From: Gracilinanus agilis
Lineage: Eukaryota
NCBI RefSeq assembly: GCF_016433145.1
Contig: NC_058132.1
Span: forward strand, 392,475,429-392,539,428
Length of the DNA stretch: 64,000 nucleotides
Direction: 5' to 3'
The first letter of the stretch is position 1. Every line of letters begins with the position of its first letter. The position numbers and the translations under genes are program-made. Under the pieces are notes generated by a model. That model searched no databases. It had not been told where the DNA came from and worked only from the letters and a program-made list of their open reading frames with translations. Positions 1 to 13,170 of this stretch are shown in pieces.

Positions 1-339
1 TGAATGATGAACTTTGAAAATTGCATATGTGGATGCCCATGGTATGATTTGGGGGTTTTCAATCACCAAGTGAGATCAATAATCAATTCATTTATTGCTT
101 ATTTCTAATCTGATCAATAAATTTATTTTCTTACCCAGAATCAATTTCTGGGAATTTTTAATTGACACAGCATATATGTGTCTGGCTAATTCATATATTT
201 TAAATACTTTAATTTCTCTCAACATATCTCAGACATCAATAAGTTCTTCATTATTTATCTCTCACAATATCTACAATTTTTGCTGATAAATTTTCTTGAT
301 GACATCCTTTAAATACACTTCTCAACAATTCCTTATTTG

Positions 340-1870
340 TAATGTGTTTCCAAGACATGCGCCGCTTCCCTGCCTTTTGAATACTCCTCAATTCTTGTAA
401 AGAAGTGTATATAACAGATATCATCAAGGAAATGAATGAAAAAGTATATATTATTGATGTGGGATGAGAGAGAGATAAAAAATGGAGAATCCATTAATAT
501 CTGAGAGATGTTAAGAGACAGTGAAACAGGTCTCAGCTAGCAAAGTTGAAAGAACATAATCAAGAGGGGTACAAAACTGGTAAGGTGTAAATGGGTTATG
601 ATCTCTATTATTTAGACAGAATACTTACACTGATGAGATCATGGATTCATTTAAATATACTTGTGTTCTCAAATTTACGAAATCATTGAGGATGTTCAAA
701 TACATGAGATAAACAAAAATGAAAAAGGATAAGGTAGAGTTTTACAAATGATTATTTTTCATGAAATGCACCATTTTATAGTCATACAATTATCTAAAAG
801 TTTTAGAATCGCATTAACCTATTATTATTATTATTATTATTAAAGGTATTTGGTTCAATAAAGCAATATATATCTAGAACTCTCTCTCTCTCTATATATA
901 TATATGTACATACATATATACATATATATATATCTTTAATGTCTCTCCTCCAATAAGATATATTCTACCAACATGGAAAAATTGACCAGATTCCTTGAAT
1001 TAAAAAATAGAAATATTTTTGTTCAGGTATCCTTTGATTATTAATACCAAAGTTGATGTTTTCTCATTAATGATTTTTGCCATTGTCACAGAAGGTATCT
1101 TGGTCAAAGTTGAAATGGAAGAAATCTCTAGAGATGATAATCTTCCAGATGTTTTTTATGAATGAAAAGTTATAAAGTCCATAATATCACAGAGCCTTCT
1201 AAATGAGATCCATGAATATTTAAGAGGCAAAATTAGCAAAACATTTGACTAACTAGCACACATAACAACAACAAACCTCAAAACAAACCCCTCAAAAAGC
1301 CCTAAAAAATTAAAAAAGTTCTTAATGGATTACCAATCCATATATTTGAGGCAAACAATTCAGATAGGTGATGTGAAAAGCTTAGAACTGAATTGAAAGA
1401 AAAGAATGTGAAAGACTCAGAAAACTAAGTTATGCTTTTTTTAAACCAGCATACTCATATATAAAGTACATTGTTCCCTTAATATACATTTTATCTTGGT
1501 GGTATGATACAGTAATTAATTTTGGAAAGCAGCAACATCCAAACAAACAAAGCTAAGTAGGGTAAAGGCCAATAGAGAAATACATTGGCCTCTAATTATG
1601 ACATTTAAGAAATAAGTGATGAAATGAATATCATTGAAGACGTTGTATATGATCATATAGGAAGGTAGGCTGGTCATGTAATGAGGAAGAAGAGTAGCAA
1701 CCAAAGGGTCAGCCAAAGAACTTTTGCTGATACACTCTTCCTAGAGTAAGGCTTTCTCCATACCCGTTGTTATCTTTGTGGAAGATCTACTTAAAATCTT
1801 CAAGAAAAATTACACAAGATCTTAATACTGCATTGGAATATGAACAAACAGAAAGAATATAACCGCTTCT
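340..1870 (+). mobile_element. Degenerate RTE-clade LINE, RT-to-3' region, interrupted by microsatellites
   Basis: Residual RT/C-terminal motifs: cagagccttctaaatgagatccat (QSLLNEIH, ~1190) and aggtaggctggtcatgtaatgagg (R*AGHVMR, ~1665); many stops. Confidence 0.6.
820..932. repeat. (ATT)n, (CT)n and (TA)n/(TACA) microsatellite cluster
   Basis: Directly visible simple repeats. Confidence 0.9.
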
Positions 1871-1992
1871 AATGAGAATGAATAATGAATTCTTTGAAAG
1901 GGTCCCATGTATTTGAATTCATATTATTTGAAATTATTATGTGTCATGTGCCAATTAGATCCAGCCTAATGGAAATATGAAGTGTGAATTTC

Positions 1993-2095
1993 AATAAGAA
2001 TAATAGCTGGCACTATGTGCCAGGCATTGTGCCAAGTGCTTTACAAGTATTACTTCATTTGATTCTCAAAACAATTCTGTGAAAATAGAAGTTAA
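1993..2095 (-). mobile_element. MIR-family SINE 3' fragment
   Basis: cactatgtgccaggcattgtgccaagtgctttaca matches the MIR tail in reverse. Confidence 0.6.
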
Positions 2096-2349
2096 GTTAA
2101 TCTTATTCTTTTAAAATTTTGTGTTTGTCATCTTTTCCTCTGTTGACTTAAAATTACTAGTTAACTCGTTATCAGCCCCCAAAAGAATACTGTCCATCCA
2201 AGACTCTCCTTTGGGTTTATCTTCCAATCAAACCCTTCTAACCACCAAGGAGTCCACTAACTAAGGTCTACAAGATGCTAAAGGATTCTATAAAATAATT
2301 TAAATTCCTTAATTATCAGAGAGAGCTGGTCACTAGTCTTACATAGATG

Positions 2350-4950
2350 TGTTTAAAATAACTAATTAGCAAGGAGACACACAAAAAGGTTGGAGCAGAA
2401 TCTATTTTACTTCAGCATAATCTCAGACAAAACAAAAGTGAAAACTTATCTAATTAAAAGTAATATCAGTATTAATATCAGTATTAAACATATGTGCAAC
2501 AAATGGCATAGCATCCAAATTCCCAAAGAAGTTACATGAGTTACAAGAGGAAATAGACAATAAAACTATATTAGTATGGGGCATTAAACTTGTCTTTTCA
2601 GAATTAAACACCAAAAAAGTAAGAAATTAAAGAAGTGCATAGAACTTTAGACAAAGTTATATTTGTTATGTCTCTAGGGAAAACTGAATAGGAATGGAAA
2701 ATAATGTTTTTTTCTTAGCAGTACATGGTACCTTAACAAAAACTGCTCATAAAATAGGACATAAAAGCCTCACAACGAAAAACAGAAAAGTAGAAATCTT
2801 AAATGTTTCTTTTCCAGATCATAATGCTATTAATTTACATTCAACAATGGGCTAGAGAAAATGAAGACTAAAATTAGTTGAAACTAAATAACTTTATCCT
2901 AAAGAATAACTGGATCAAATAAAAATCATAGAAATAATCAACAATTTCATTAAGGAAAAAAGCAACAAAGAGACAGCCCACCAAAATTATGGGGATACAG
3001 ACAAAGCAGTACATAGGGAAATTTTATATTTCTAAATGCTTACACCAATAAAATACAGAAAGAGCAGATCAATGAATTGGGCATACAACTAAAAAAGCAA
3101 AGAAAAGAGCATGTTAGAAATCCTCAACTAAATACCAAATCATCAATCCTGAAAATCAAAGGAAAAATTAATAAAATTGAAAAAATATGAACTAATAAGA
3201 AGCTACTTTTATGAAAAAAATATATAAACCATTGGTCAAGTTGGTAAAAAAAAGAAGAAAGCCATATTACCAGTACTGAAAATGAAAAGGATGAATTCAC
3301 AACCAATGAAGAGGAAATCAAAACAATTATTAGGGGTTATCTTGTTCAATTATATGCCAATGCCAATAAATCCAAAAATCTAAGCTAAACTGATTAATAT
3401 ACTTTTAGAAAATATATAAATTCCTCAGAATTTAACAGAAAAGGAGATAGAACTACTTAAACAGCCCTATATTAGAAAAAAATGGAAGAAGCCACCAATG
3501 AATTCCCAAATAAAACAGTCCAAGGGCCAAATGGATTCACAAGTCAATTATACCATATATTTAAAGAACAATTAATTTCAATACAGTTGGAATAATTCCA
3601 AATAGTTTCAAAATTATTTAGAAAAACAGCCGAGGAGAGAACTCTACACAATTAATTTTATGGAACAATATGGCATTGATACTTAAATCAGGAAAAGCAA
3701 AAATATAAAAATAAAACTGAAGACCATGCTCCCTAATGAATAATGATGCAAAATGTCAACTAAAATACTAAAAAGGAGAGTATAGCAATATTTTTAAAGG
3801 ATTATGTGCTATATGACTGGTAGATTTTATACCAGCAATACAGAAATGTTTCATTATTAGATAAACTACCAGCAAAATTGACCATATCAATAACAGAACT
3901 AACTCAAATGATATTATTTCAAGATACATAAGTTTTTGGTTTTTTTTACAAAATACTATTTTTTTACTAAAAACTTTACAAAATACTATTTCTATTCAAA
4001 ACACTAGATAACATTGGAATAAATGGAACAGGCTTTAAAACGACAAAGAGTATCTCTTTAAAATCATCAACAAATATTTTCAGTAAGAGATAAATAAATG
4101 CCTTCCCAATAAGTTCATGAGTGAAGCAAGGTGTAAGGATTAAAAATTTAGGTATTATAGATATATATTAAAATATGTGGCCGCCAGGAATCAACAATTT
4201 AGGTTGATTCCGTAATTAAATCAGACCCAAGTCAGCATCGGGTTGAAGAATTTATTTACAATCGGTAGGTAAAAGTAGGAATAAAGAGAAAAGTAGAGGC
4301 TAGTCCTGTCTGGACTGAGAGAGAAGAAGGTTATAAAGCTTAATAATGAAGCTGTAAGCCACAGGGCCCAACAGCCAGATAGGCAGAGTTTAGAATTGGC
4401 CCAGCTAGGCAAAGGAAGTCAGCCTAACTTACCCAAGTGACAATATAGAGCGTAATCTGTCTGTGGTCTCAGGAGATGCTTCTTCACCAAGTTCAAAGAG
4501 GGAACTGCTCCCACAGGAAGTTCACTAACTTACTTAAAGAGATAGTGTCTTTCATCACTTCCTGTGGTCCACCTCTAATTCAAATGGACAAATGGCAGTT
4601 TCTACATTGATTTGGACTGCCCAAAGGGCAGTCCCTTATTCTTGATTTGTTACTTATTGTCACGTGTGGGTAACTCGTCTCCCCTCCCCACTAAGGGAGC
4701 TGAGAGTGACATCATTAGCACGCCTGGGTTGAGTAGATTTTTGACTATTAATGGGATCCAGCTAATTCTATTTACACAAAGGATGGCCATTATCACCACT
4801 ACTTTTCAATATTGTTCTAGAAATACTATACAGCCATAAGAGAAGAAGAAAAAGAAAATGAAAGAATTAAAAGAGGTACTGAAATTAAACTGTCAATTTA
4901 CAGGTTATATGGTGGTACTTTTAGAAAATTGTAGCAAAAATACAATACAA
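2350..4950 (+). mobile_element. Degenerate L1 ORF2 (endonuclease to RT), split by an LTR at 4132-4776
   Basis: A-rich L1 ORF2 signature; RT segment gtgaagcaagg|atggccattatcaccactacttttcaatattgttctagaa (KQG-PLSPLLFNIVLE-like) resumes after the LTR. Confidence 0.85.
4132..4776 (-). mobile_element. Solo ERV LTR (645 bp)
   Basis: TGTAA...TTACA terminal inverted repeat; near-TSD caagg / caaagg; minus-strand AATAAA at 4251-4256; interrupts otherwise contiguous L1. Confidence 0.85.
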
Positions 4951-5179
4951 TATGATTGATTAAAAAGATAGACAGCAGTGTGAGAGTGGGAACAACATGC
5001 TATTCAATTCTGTAATCCTCAAGACCATATTAAGGTAAATGAGCCCTCCCTTGGAATCTTTCATCACTGAGAGGGACCATTGACCCAAATTACTGGTCAA
5101 TTCTAGTGTAACTAATAAATTAGTCATGCTAAGATCATTATTTCTCAATTTAACAATTTTCAAATATAGCACCTGGTTG

Positions 5180-5540
5180 GTAGGTGATGTTGTTATCCTC
5201 ATTTTAAAGATAAGGTAATTGAGGCAAAGGAATTTTAAATGATTTACTCAGGGTCATACAGCTAGGAAATGTGTGAATCTGGATTTTTAACTTGGGTCTT
5301 GCTAATTCTAAATTCAGTGTTCTATTTATTAGGTCACATAGATGTCCTCAGAAAAGTCATTATTTTTCCTACTTCAGAATTCTATGCATTCATATTTGTG
5401 AGATGGAAACATTAAAGTGGATTACAGATGAGAAAAGGAAAAAGAAAACTATTAAATGACTTGCCCAAGGTGGCAAAGCTAGTGTCACTGGAAATGGATC
5501 ACAAGGTTCCTGACTCAATGTACATACCTCTTTCCACTGT
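5180..5540 (-). mobile_element. Two MIR/CORE-SINE fragments (~5180-5345 and ~5420-5540)
   Basis: CORE motifs tgatttactcagggtcatacagctag and tgacttgcccaaggtggc. Confidence 0.65.
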
Positions 5541-5934
5541 GGACTTTCTGAGTACAATGCACTGAAAACAGACTATAATTTTGTCCTTACATATATTGTA
5601 ATGTTAATTACTGTATAGTTGTGTCTAGACTGGAAGTGAAGTTTTCTTTAATCATTCAAAGCCCAAAAGTTGCTTCAAAGAGAAAAATCTAATCAGGCCA
5701 CAATTCAAATACTTCCATGTACATTGATGGCAAGATTTCATCCCAATTGAAGAGTATATATATTTTGATATATAGTAACATATGTAAGTATATTAAAATA
5801 TTATAACATCAATTATATCTATCTATATCTATATATAATTCATTTTTGAATGTTGTAAAAGAACTTCAGGCTCTAAATTTCCTATTCAGGTTTTAGACTA
5901 TTTTCGGAGTAGCTATTCTCCTGTCTCTAAAGTT

Positions 5935-6124
5935 GAGGTGGTAGACATGTGACCCACAAAATTCTTAAGTACAGCCTAAGCAGATTACGAATCTGTTCTG
6001 ATCTGATTTTAATGGGTTAATTTACTAACGAAAATGAAATAGAATTTCCTAAGTCAACATGCAGCCCTCAAGAATCTTTCAGGCATGCTTTAGTGGTCCT
6101 TTCTATGTGTATTTGACATGACTG
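5935..6124. mobile_element. hAT-like non-autonomous DNA transposon remnant
   Basis: Shares ctaagtcaa(c/t)at...tttgaca...act with the copy at 22760-22957; CAGTGGTGTCAAA-type end. Confidence 0.45.
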
Positions 6125-6164
6125 CTCAATGAAATTACTACTCACTTCGCCCACTAAGAAACTA

Positions 6165-6405
6165 TTTCCATCAATACTTAACTCAAGTACCACCTTCTAT
6201 ATGAAATCTTTCCAGATGTTCCCTACCTACTAGTACATTTTCATGAAAAATTACTTTGTATTTATTTTGATTATAACTATATGTGTAAATATTTCCTCCT
6301 CCATAAAATGTAAGCTTCCTAAGATGAAAAACTATTAAAATATTTGTGAATTTGTAACATGCTGTCTAACATAAATTAGTGCTTAAAATTTGTCAATTCA
6401 TTGAT
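6165..6405 (+). mobile_element. L2 3' end
   Basis: aaaatgtaagcttcct...gtgcttaaaatttgtcaattcattga L2 tail pattern. Confidence 0.65.
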
Positions 6406-6624
6406 ATCAATTCTGCTTTATATCAAAAAGTGTTAAACCAATAATTTTCCCACTATAACAAATGAGTTCCCAATAAGATTCCTTTCATATATTTTATAGC
6501 CCTAAATTTAGAATGTGACTGATTCAGGGAAGTGGGAAAAAAGAGGGAAGAAGATAATGATTACAAGATGATTAGAGATATAACAAGATGTAACTACCCC
6601 AGAAAGAAATATGCTTTTGAAGAA

Positions 6625-7575
6625 TATTATCATGAACAGGCAATTTTCAGATAAAGATACCAGCTATCAATAATCACATGAACAAATGCTTTAAATCACT
6701 ACTGACAAGAAAAATTCAAGTTACAACAACTCTGAAGTACCACCTTATACCTATCAGGTTGGCTAATATGACAGAAAAGGAAAATGACAAATATTGGAGA
6801 GGTTGTAGAAAAATTAGAACACTAATGCAATTGCTTTAATCATAGTCCAAACATTCTAAAAATCAATTTGAGACTACACGTAAAGGGTTATAAAACTGTA
6901 CATATCCTTTGACCAAGAAACTGCACTACTACATGTACCTGCCCAAAGTGATCAAAGAAAGGAGAAGAACTACTTGTACAAACATATTATTAGTGGTTCT
7001 TTTTGTGGTGGTAAACAATTGGAAATTGAGGCAACACCCATCAAATGGGGAATGGTTGAAGAAGTTGTAATATATAATTGTGATAGAATACTATTGTCCT
7101 ATAACAGATGGTTTCAGAAAAACCTGAAAAGACATATAAAGTGATGGAAAGTGAAGTGAACAAAACCAGAACATTGTACAATATAGCAGCAATATTCTAC
7201 GAATGATCAACAGTAACTTAGCTTCAATGATTGACAATGATCCAAGACAATTCCAAAGGACCTGTGCTGAAAAATGTTACCCACATGTGGGAGAGAGAAC
7301 TGATAACCTCTGAATGAAGATTGAAGCATGCTTTTTTAAACTTTGTTTTTGGTCTGTTTTCTTCTTGAAACATAGCTAATATGTAAATATGTTTTGTAGG
7401 AATTCATATGTTTAATTGATGTTAAATTGCTTGCTTTCTCAAGGAGGGAAGAAGAATGTGATGAAGAAAGAAAATTTGGAACTCAAATTTTTTTTAAAAT
7501 GAGTGTAAATTATTTTGCATGTAATTGGGAAATGTCCAATGAAATAAAAACATTTAAATAAAGAATAAAGAAAAT
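6625..7575 (+). mobile_element. Older marsupial L1 3' end (ORF2 C-terminus and 3' UTR)
   Basis: tctgaagtaccaccttatacctatcaggttggct; AATAAA and A-rich tail at ~7543-7573. Confidence 0.85.
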
Positions 7576-7989
7576 GTTCTTCCTTGTTTCATTTACTCCC
7601 TGCTACCCCCTCCATCAGAATCCTGGTCAATCTGTTTTTAGGGGGCTAAAGGGAAGAGTACTGAATTTCAAAACAAATGAAAATTATAGGCAGATACAAT
7701 TTTTACTTAGTGATCTAACGATTTCATTACTGAATTTTTACATCTCCCTTTATACAGGCCACAATTCTTTCGGGAATTTTATATGTTCTCATCCAATTTA
7801 CCTAAACAGGTCTTATTATTGAAGATTACTGGGCAGTAAGCAAAGGAAAATGAGACACCACTTTACCTTTGACCAAAACAAAAAATGCCTTCATAAACAT
7901 TTCCACAGTTCATATTTTAGCAGAAGTTCAGTGTCATAACAATAGAGAGGAGAAATGACAAAAATAAGGCATTAGCAATAACAATACCA

Positions 7990-8220
7990 GTAATAACAAT
8001 ATTTAGTTTTTATATCTACCATGTCTCAGGCACTGTGCCAATGCCTTCTCACAACATCTCTGGGAGTTAGGTGTTATTATCATCTCTATTTCATAACTGA
8101 GAAAACTGAGGCAAATGCAACTTAAGTGACTTCCCTAATATTGTAAAGCTATTAAGAATCTGAAGATGAATTTGACCTCAAGTCTTCCTGTTTCCAGTTT
8201 TAGTAGTCTATCCATAGCAC
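7990..8220 (-). mobile_element. MIR SINE
   Basis: gaaaactgaggca...aagtgacttccc CORE motif. Confidence 0.75.
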
Positions 8221-8454
8221 AGTATACTTTGTGCTAGATATAACTATCCTCATCAACTTTTTTAAAACAGTTCTTGGAACTGTGAATTCCAAGTCTTTGT
8301 TATTTTTCAAAAAATGCTTTTTCTGCTATAACTTATCAATGTTCATTTAACATGTTTCAATATTAATTAATTGATTGTTCTCCTTTCTCCTTAAAGAGAT
8401 TCTAAATGACAACATTATTTCGGGCTTGATATGCATTGTGTATAAATGTAGCTG

Positions 8455-9890
8455 AGCAGACAAATGTGAGTTTGTCTCTAGCATACCTCCTATATAAATA
8501 GTTTGTGTGAACATTTGGGAGAGAGATGTCTCAAAATCTGCACATCTCCCATGTCTTTTGAGCTATTGGAATTATGCTTTTCTCATAGAGCACAGTGCCT
8601 TCTTCGATGTAGGCATGTCATAATTGACAGTCCTATGCCAGTCTCTCCCATGTCTCCTAATCAAAACCAAAGTTCCTCAGAGATAACTCAGGAGAGCACT
8701 TGTATCATTTCTTCTGAACCTTGTGAGAGCGCTTCTCATGTGTGAGTTCTCTGTAAAACCGTCTTTGAGGCAAATGTACATTTGACATTTTAACAATATG
8801 ACCAGCCCATCAAGATTTGTGTTCTCTGGAATAGAATTTAAATGCTTGGCAGATTAGCTTGAGAAAAGACCTTGGGGTCTGGTATGTTATCATGTGAGGT
8901 CATCTTCAGATCTTCCTAAGACAATTCCAATGAAAACATTCAATCACCTGGCATTCAGCTGATATATCGTTAAGTTTCACAGGAATACAACAATGAGATC
9001 AGCACCAAGGCTTCGTTAGCTTAGCACTTTAATTTAATACCTCTTCTCATCCACACTTTGTCTTGGAACCTCCCATATACTGAGCTAGTCCTGCCAGTGC
9101 TTGCATCAATCTTATCATCTATGTAGACATCCCTGGAAAGTATGCTATTAAGGTAAGTGAATTTGTCCACAGCATTCAAAATTTCTCCACTTGCTGTGAC
9201 TGATGGTTCCATATTTGGGTTCTGCTGATTGGTGAAGAACCTATCTTCTTGGTATTGTCACACCAAAATTATCAGAAGTAGCAGAGAATTGACCAATACT
9301 CTTTTCATTCCAATCTCAGAACTGTGTTAATTTCACAATCATCTGCAAACAAAAAGTAATACAATAACTTTCCTTCTACTTTAATCTTGTCTCCTGTCCT
9401 TTTCAAATTAAATAATTTAATGTTAATGCAGTGGCTGACCTCATTGTGTTTTAATCCTGATTGAAGACTTTTGACATCATTGAAAATATCATGCTAAAAA
9501 GATGGGGCAAGCAATAACCCTGCTTTACTTGCTTTCAATATTATCTACCTAACAAGGATCCCTATTAAACAAGTTAACTTTCCTATCCAGAATTTTAATC
9601 CAAGCCAAATCATAGTCTTGTGCATAATTATAGTAGAAGTGTTTTCTGGGTACATTTCTTTTAGCCTCACATATTCTCAAGTATTTGCAAAAAATAGCCT
9701 ACACTAAAAGATAGCATGTCAGTGAATAAAACATAAAGCCAAACTTTCCATACATTTGGTATAAAAAGAGATGTTGTGAGTAAACACCACATTCTTTGGG
9801 AGCTAATTTTAGCAATTATAAGAACTTTCCATTTTGGATTCAGAAGATGGGTGCTTCTATAAAGAAAAATGATGTGATAAAAATAATTGG
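8455..9890 (-). mobile_element. RTE (BovB-clade-like) LINE fragment, RT and C-terminal region
   Basis: ORF 9021-9212 reads EPSVTASGEILNAVDKFTYLNSILSRDVYIDD, a characteristic RTE post-RT motif; frame broken elsewhere. Confidence 0.85.
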
Positions 9891-9984
9891 CTAGGAAAAG
9901 AAGATACACTTCTAAAACACTTCATAAATAGGACTTGATATGTTATCTTAAAATGTGATGTTAGATACTTGATCTTACAGACTT

Positions 9985-10222
9985 TTTTTTTAATGGGGGA
10001 AGAACTGGTTCCAGATATGTGTTTTCATTAGATTAGGAAACTCCCTCCATTCAGACTGGAATTTTGTGTGAGTTCTTAATTTTGTGAGTTACTTAGAGCA
10101 GTAGGAGATTGAGAGTGAGATTATTGTTCACAGTCATGAAGTTAACACAGGACATTTAGGATTTGAAGCCACATTTTCCAGCTCCTAAGGTTTGCTGCTC
10201 TCTATTCACTGTGCAACACTGT
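9985..10222 (-). mobile_element. Marsupial CORE-SINE (MIR3/Mar3-like)
   Basis: aggaaactccctc tail plus degenerate CORE and tRNA head in reverse. Confidence 0.55.
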
Positions 10223-10773
10223 TTCTAGAGATTTGTTATGCTTAGCAACACAGCAGCTATGCTGCTTTTCAGCTCCAAAAAATCAAGTAAGGTGTCATAT
10301 TGTCCTATCATGAAAAATTCACTATAATTTTCATAGTGCAGTCATCCTAAAAGCTGGAGCTACATTGACTTAAATAATTATACCACTATGCAAAATGCTT
10401 TTGAGCTTTAAATTTTACAATAAAATAAATTCTCTTATAAGCACATCCGTCAAAATCCTAAAATCAGCTGGCTTCCACATCTGAAATAAAGGGGTTTTTT
10501 TTGGCTATTGTCTTATCAGTGACTTTCCCCCATTGAGCCTCATCTTTTGATCCATCCGTTCTCTGGTACATCTGTTTTGGCTTGTTTACTGGTCACCTAC
10601 TTTTGTATTGCCTTAGCTGTCATTTGTGCCTATCATAATCTTTCTCTTCTCATGTACAAATTTCTATTTCATTGCTGTTTAAGTAAAACAGAAAAATTCA
10701 CTCCTGTGAGAATTCTTGACTAGACAGATATTAACATATTCTAGGCTAACATTATCTACCCAACACTTTGCAA

Positions 10774-11202
10774 TGTGGGAAGTAAATATTTAGAAGACCT
10801 CCATCCCAGCTTCAATCCTGTGCACCTGAGTGACTCAATATAGGAATCAAAGTCATGTGTCTGATGGCCTGACACAGGGTTCTTGGGACCACAGAGGCAA
10901 GGAGAGACATGTAGGTAAGGCATGACATTTGAAAGCCATTTGTCTAGGAAAAGATTTGGAGGAGAAGCTTGGGTTTAAAAAGCCAGCACAGGAAGCATAG
11001 TCAGCCTCTTTGCTTCTGAATGGGTCTCTGAGCTAATTCTCTCTGGGCAGGCTATCTCTCCCTGAGCCCTCTTATCTGGTCATCTGTGTCAAGCTGCCCT
11101 GTGAAGGGAACCAAGAAGGATGCAGCAGGGGACATGATCTTAAGTTAGAAAGGCTGAAACTCAATTCCTCTCTTTACTAATAAATGCTTATAAATCTAGT
11201 CA
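10774..11202 (+). mobile_element. Probable solo LTR
   Basis: Starts TGTGGGA, TATA-like tttaaaa at ~10975, AATAAA at ~11179, ends near ..TCA; no TSD confirmed. Confidence 0.5.
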
Positions 11203-11525
11203 TATGCCTCCAAAATTAATGTTTATTTATAACAGCAGCATCAAGTACATACATCAAAATATGCCCATCCTACTCCTTTTCACATTTAGTTGTTTTCTCA
11301 ATTCTTTTGCAAACTGAGGCAAGCAAAATATCTGGAATGTAACTGTTATGAAATAGATCATTTTGTATGCTCTTATGTAAGGACTTTATTTTAAAAGTCA
11401 GAACGACTTTATTAGAACTCTTTAGCTCTGTGTTGAGGATTTGAGAAGAGATAACACTGAATTTCTTTCAAAGACTCTATTTGAAAATTTAAGCAGATTT
11501 CACAAAAGCTAGAGATAAGTTGATG

Positions 11526-11840
11526 GCCTGGCTTGGTTGTAGATGACTCTAACCACAGTTCCTGGGGGAGGCTGGGGCTGGTAGATCATTTTGGTTCAGA
11601 AGTTCAGATTTGCAGTAGGGCTAAATTTGTAAAAAGTCCAGCACAAATACTGTGAACCCCTGGGAGTATAGGGTCACTAGATGACCCAACAAAGGGGTAA
11701 TCCCAGCAGAGGTGGGAAAAAGGAAGCACGTTAAAACCACAGCTACTTAAAACTGGAACTGGCTCACGAGTGACTAATACATTTCTATCCTGGGCAAAAT
11801 AGGAAGCCACAGTCTAAATTAACAAAGAAATAAATAAAAA
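11526..11840 (+). pseudogene. Degenerate 7SL (SRP) RNA retrocopy, P7SL_MD-like
   Basis: Colinear with 7SL from gcctggcttggt through gggaggctggggctggtagatc, cccctgggag, aaaggggt, gggaaaaaggaagca to cctgggcaaaatag, followed by an A-rich tail. Confidence 0.8.
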
Positions 11841-12967
11841 CAATCAAATAAACACATAGATGGCAGATCTATGGTAATTAACAAAACTAAGTAAATCCAT
11901 TGGAAATGAATATTCTAGAATAAAAAAGTTAGTATTTGCTGGCATGGAATACTTGTGAAAGCCATGATGGCATCATAATAGCAAACAATTACCTTCAATT
12001 AAAACATTCTTCAGAAAGGAATCTCCCAAATAATAAAGGTAGCATTTGCTAGCATGAAATCTAAACTGAAATCATAATGACAGTTCTAACAGAACTTCCT
12101 TGAGGACCCAATTGCTGTTCCTCCTTGACTGAAACAGCTGCAGTTTGGTTGTCCATGGCCTAACAACAACAACAAAAAGCTTTATCTACAATTAATGCAA
12201 GCAATATTAAAGTAATAATAGGTTCAGCAAAACTTTGAAAAATCAAATCATAATTTACTATTATCTGGCAGAATACAATTCAGTTTCTTTTTTTTTTTTG
12301 GCTATAATTAGTGATTCTGGTCCTTGAAGAAGCTAGCTAAATGTGCTATATTGATCTTTTAGTTATTATGCCTATTTGGTAAAAGAATACAAATTCAAAA
12401 GAATTAACATGGAACAAAAAACTTTCCTGATATGTAACCCTATGATGAGGAAGTAAAGGGGGCTAATGACATCTATATATTTTACAATCTGAAAAACATA
12501 TAAAGAACTATTTTGGGGGAAAAACAGTATATTTATTTATGCCTTGATCTAGTATTAAATTATAAACTCTTTGTATTATATTTAAACTCCAATTAAACTC
12601 CGCACCTCACCTGAAGAATTCCTATCCATCTTCTTAAAAGCACTTCAGAATTGGAAAAATAAATTCCTTAAAAACCCAAGAGTAGAAAAATAATTTCTCT
12701 TTGAAATAATGAGGAAAGGTCAGAATTATTAGTTTAGAAATTCCTTTTGTAAAAATTTCCCTTAAGCAAGATAAATTATAAAAAAGGGTTATTAACATTA
12801 AACTTCTAAAAACCCAGCTTGCTCTGATGTTATTGTTGTTACAGTCACTCTGTTATAAGACTAAATGTGTTTGTTCATCGTTCTCCAGAGAAAAAGAATT
12901 GTATTTTTATTTTACATTCTTGAAAGCTTTATATACATTGATTCTCTGACTAAATCAATTCATTCTT

Positions 12968-13170
12968 TTTTTTTTTTGAAACCTTTACCTTCCATCTTAG
13001 GTTCAATACTTTGTATTGGTTTCAAGAAAGAAAAGCTGTAAGAGCTAGATAAGGGGGGTTAAGTGACTTGATCAGGATCACACAGCTAGGAAGTCTCTGA
13101 CCAGATTTTAACCGCGGACCTCCCATCTCTTGGCCAAGGCTCTCAATCCACTGAGCCATCCAGCTGCCCC
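12968..13170 (-). mobile_element. Didelphid tRNA-derived SINE (older SINE1/SINE2_Mdo-like)
   Basis: ctcaatccactgagccatccagctgcccc head and T-tail acctttaccttccatcttag in reverse. Confidence 0.85.

Noticed and set aside
11604-11810. 68-aa minus-strand ORF preceded by a strong-looking acceptor
   Set aside because: It is the antisense of the 7SL retrocopy; the pyrimidine tract is the complement of its A-tail
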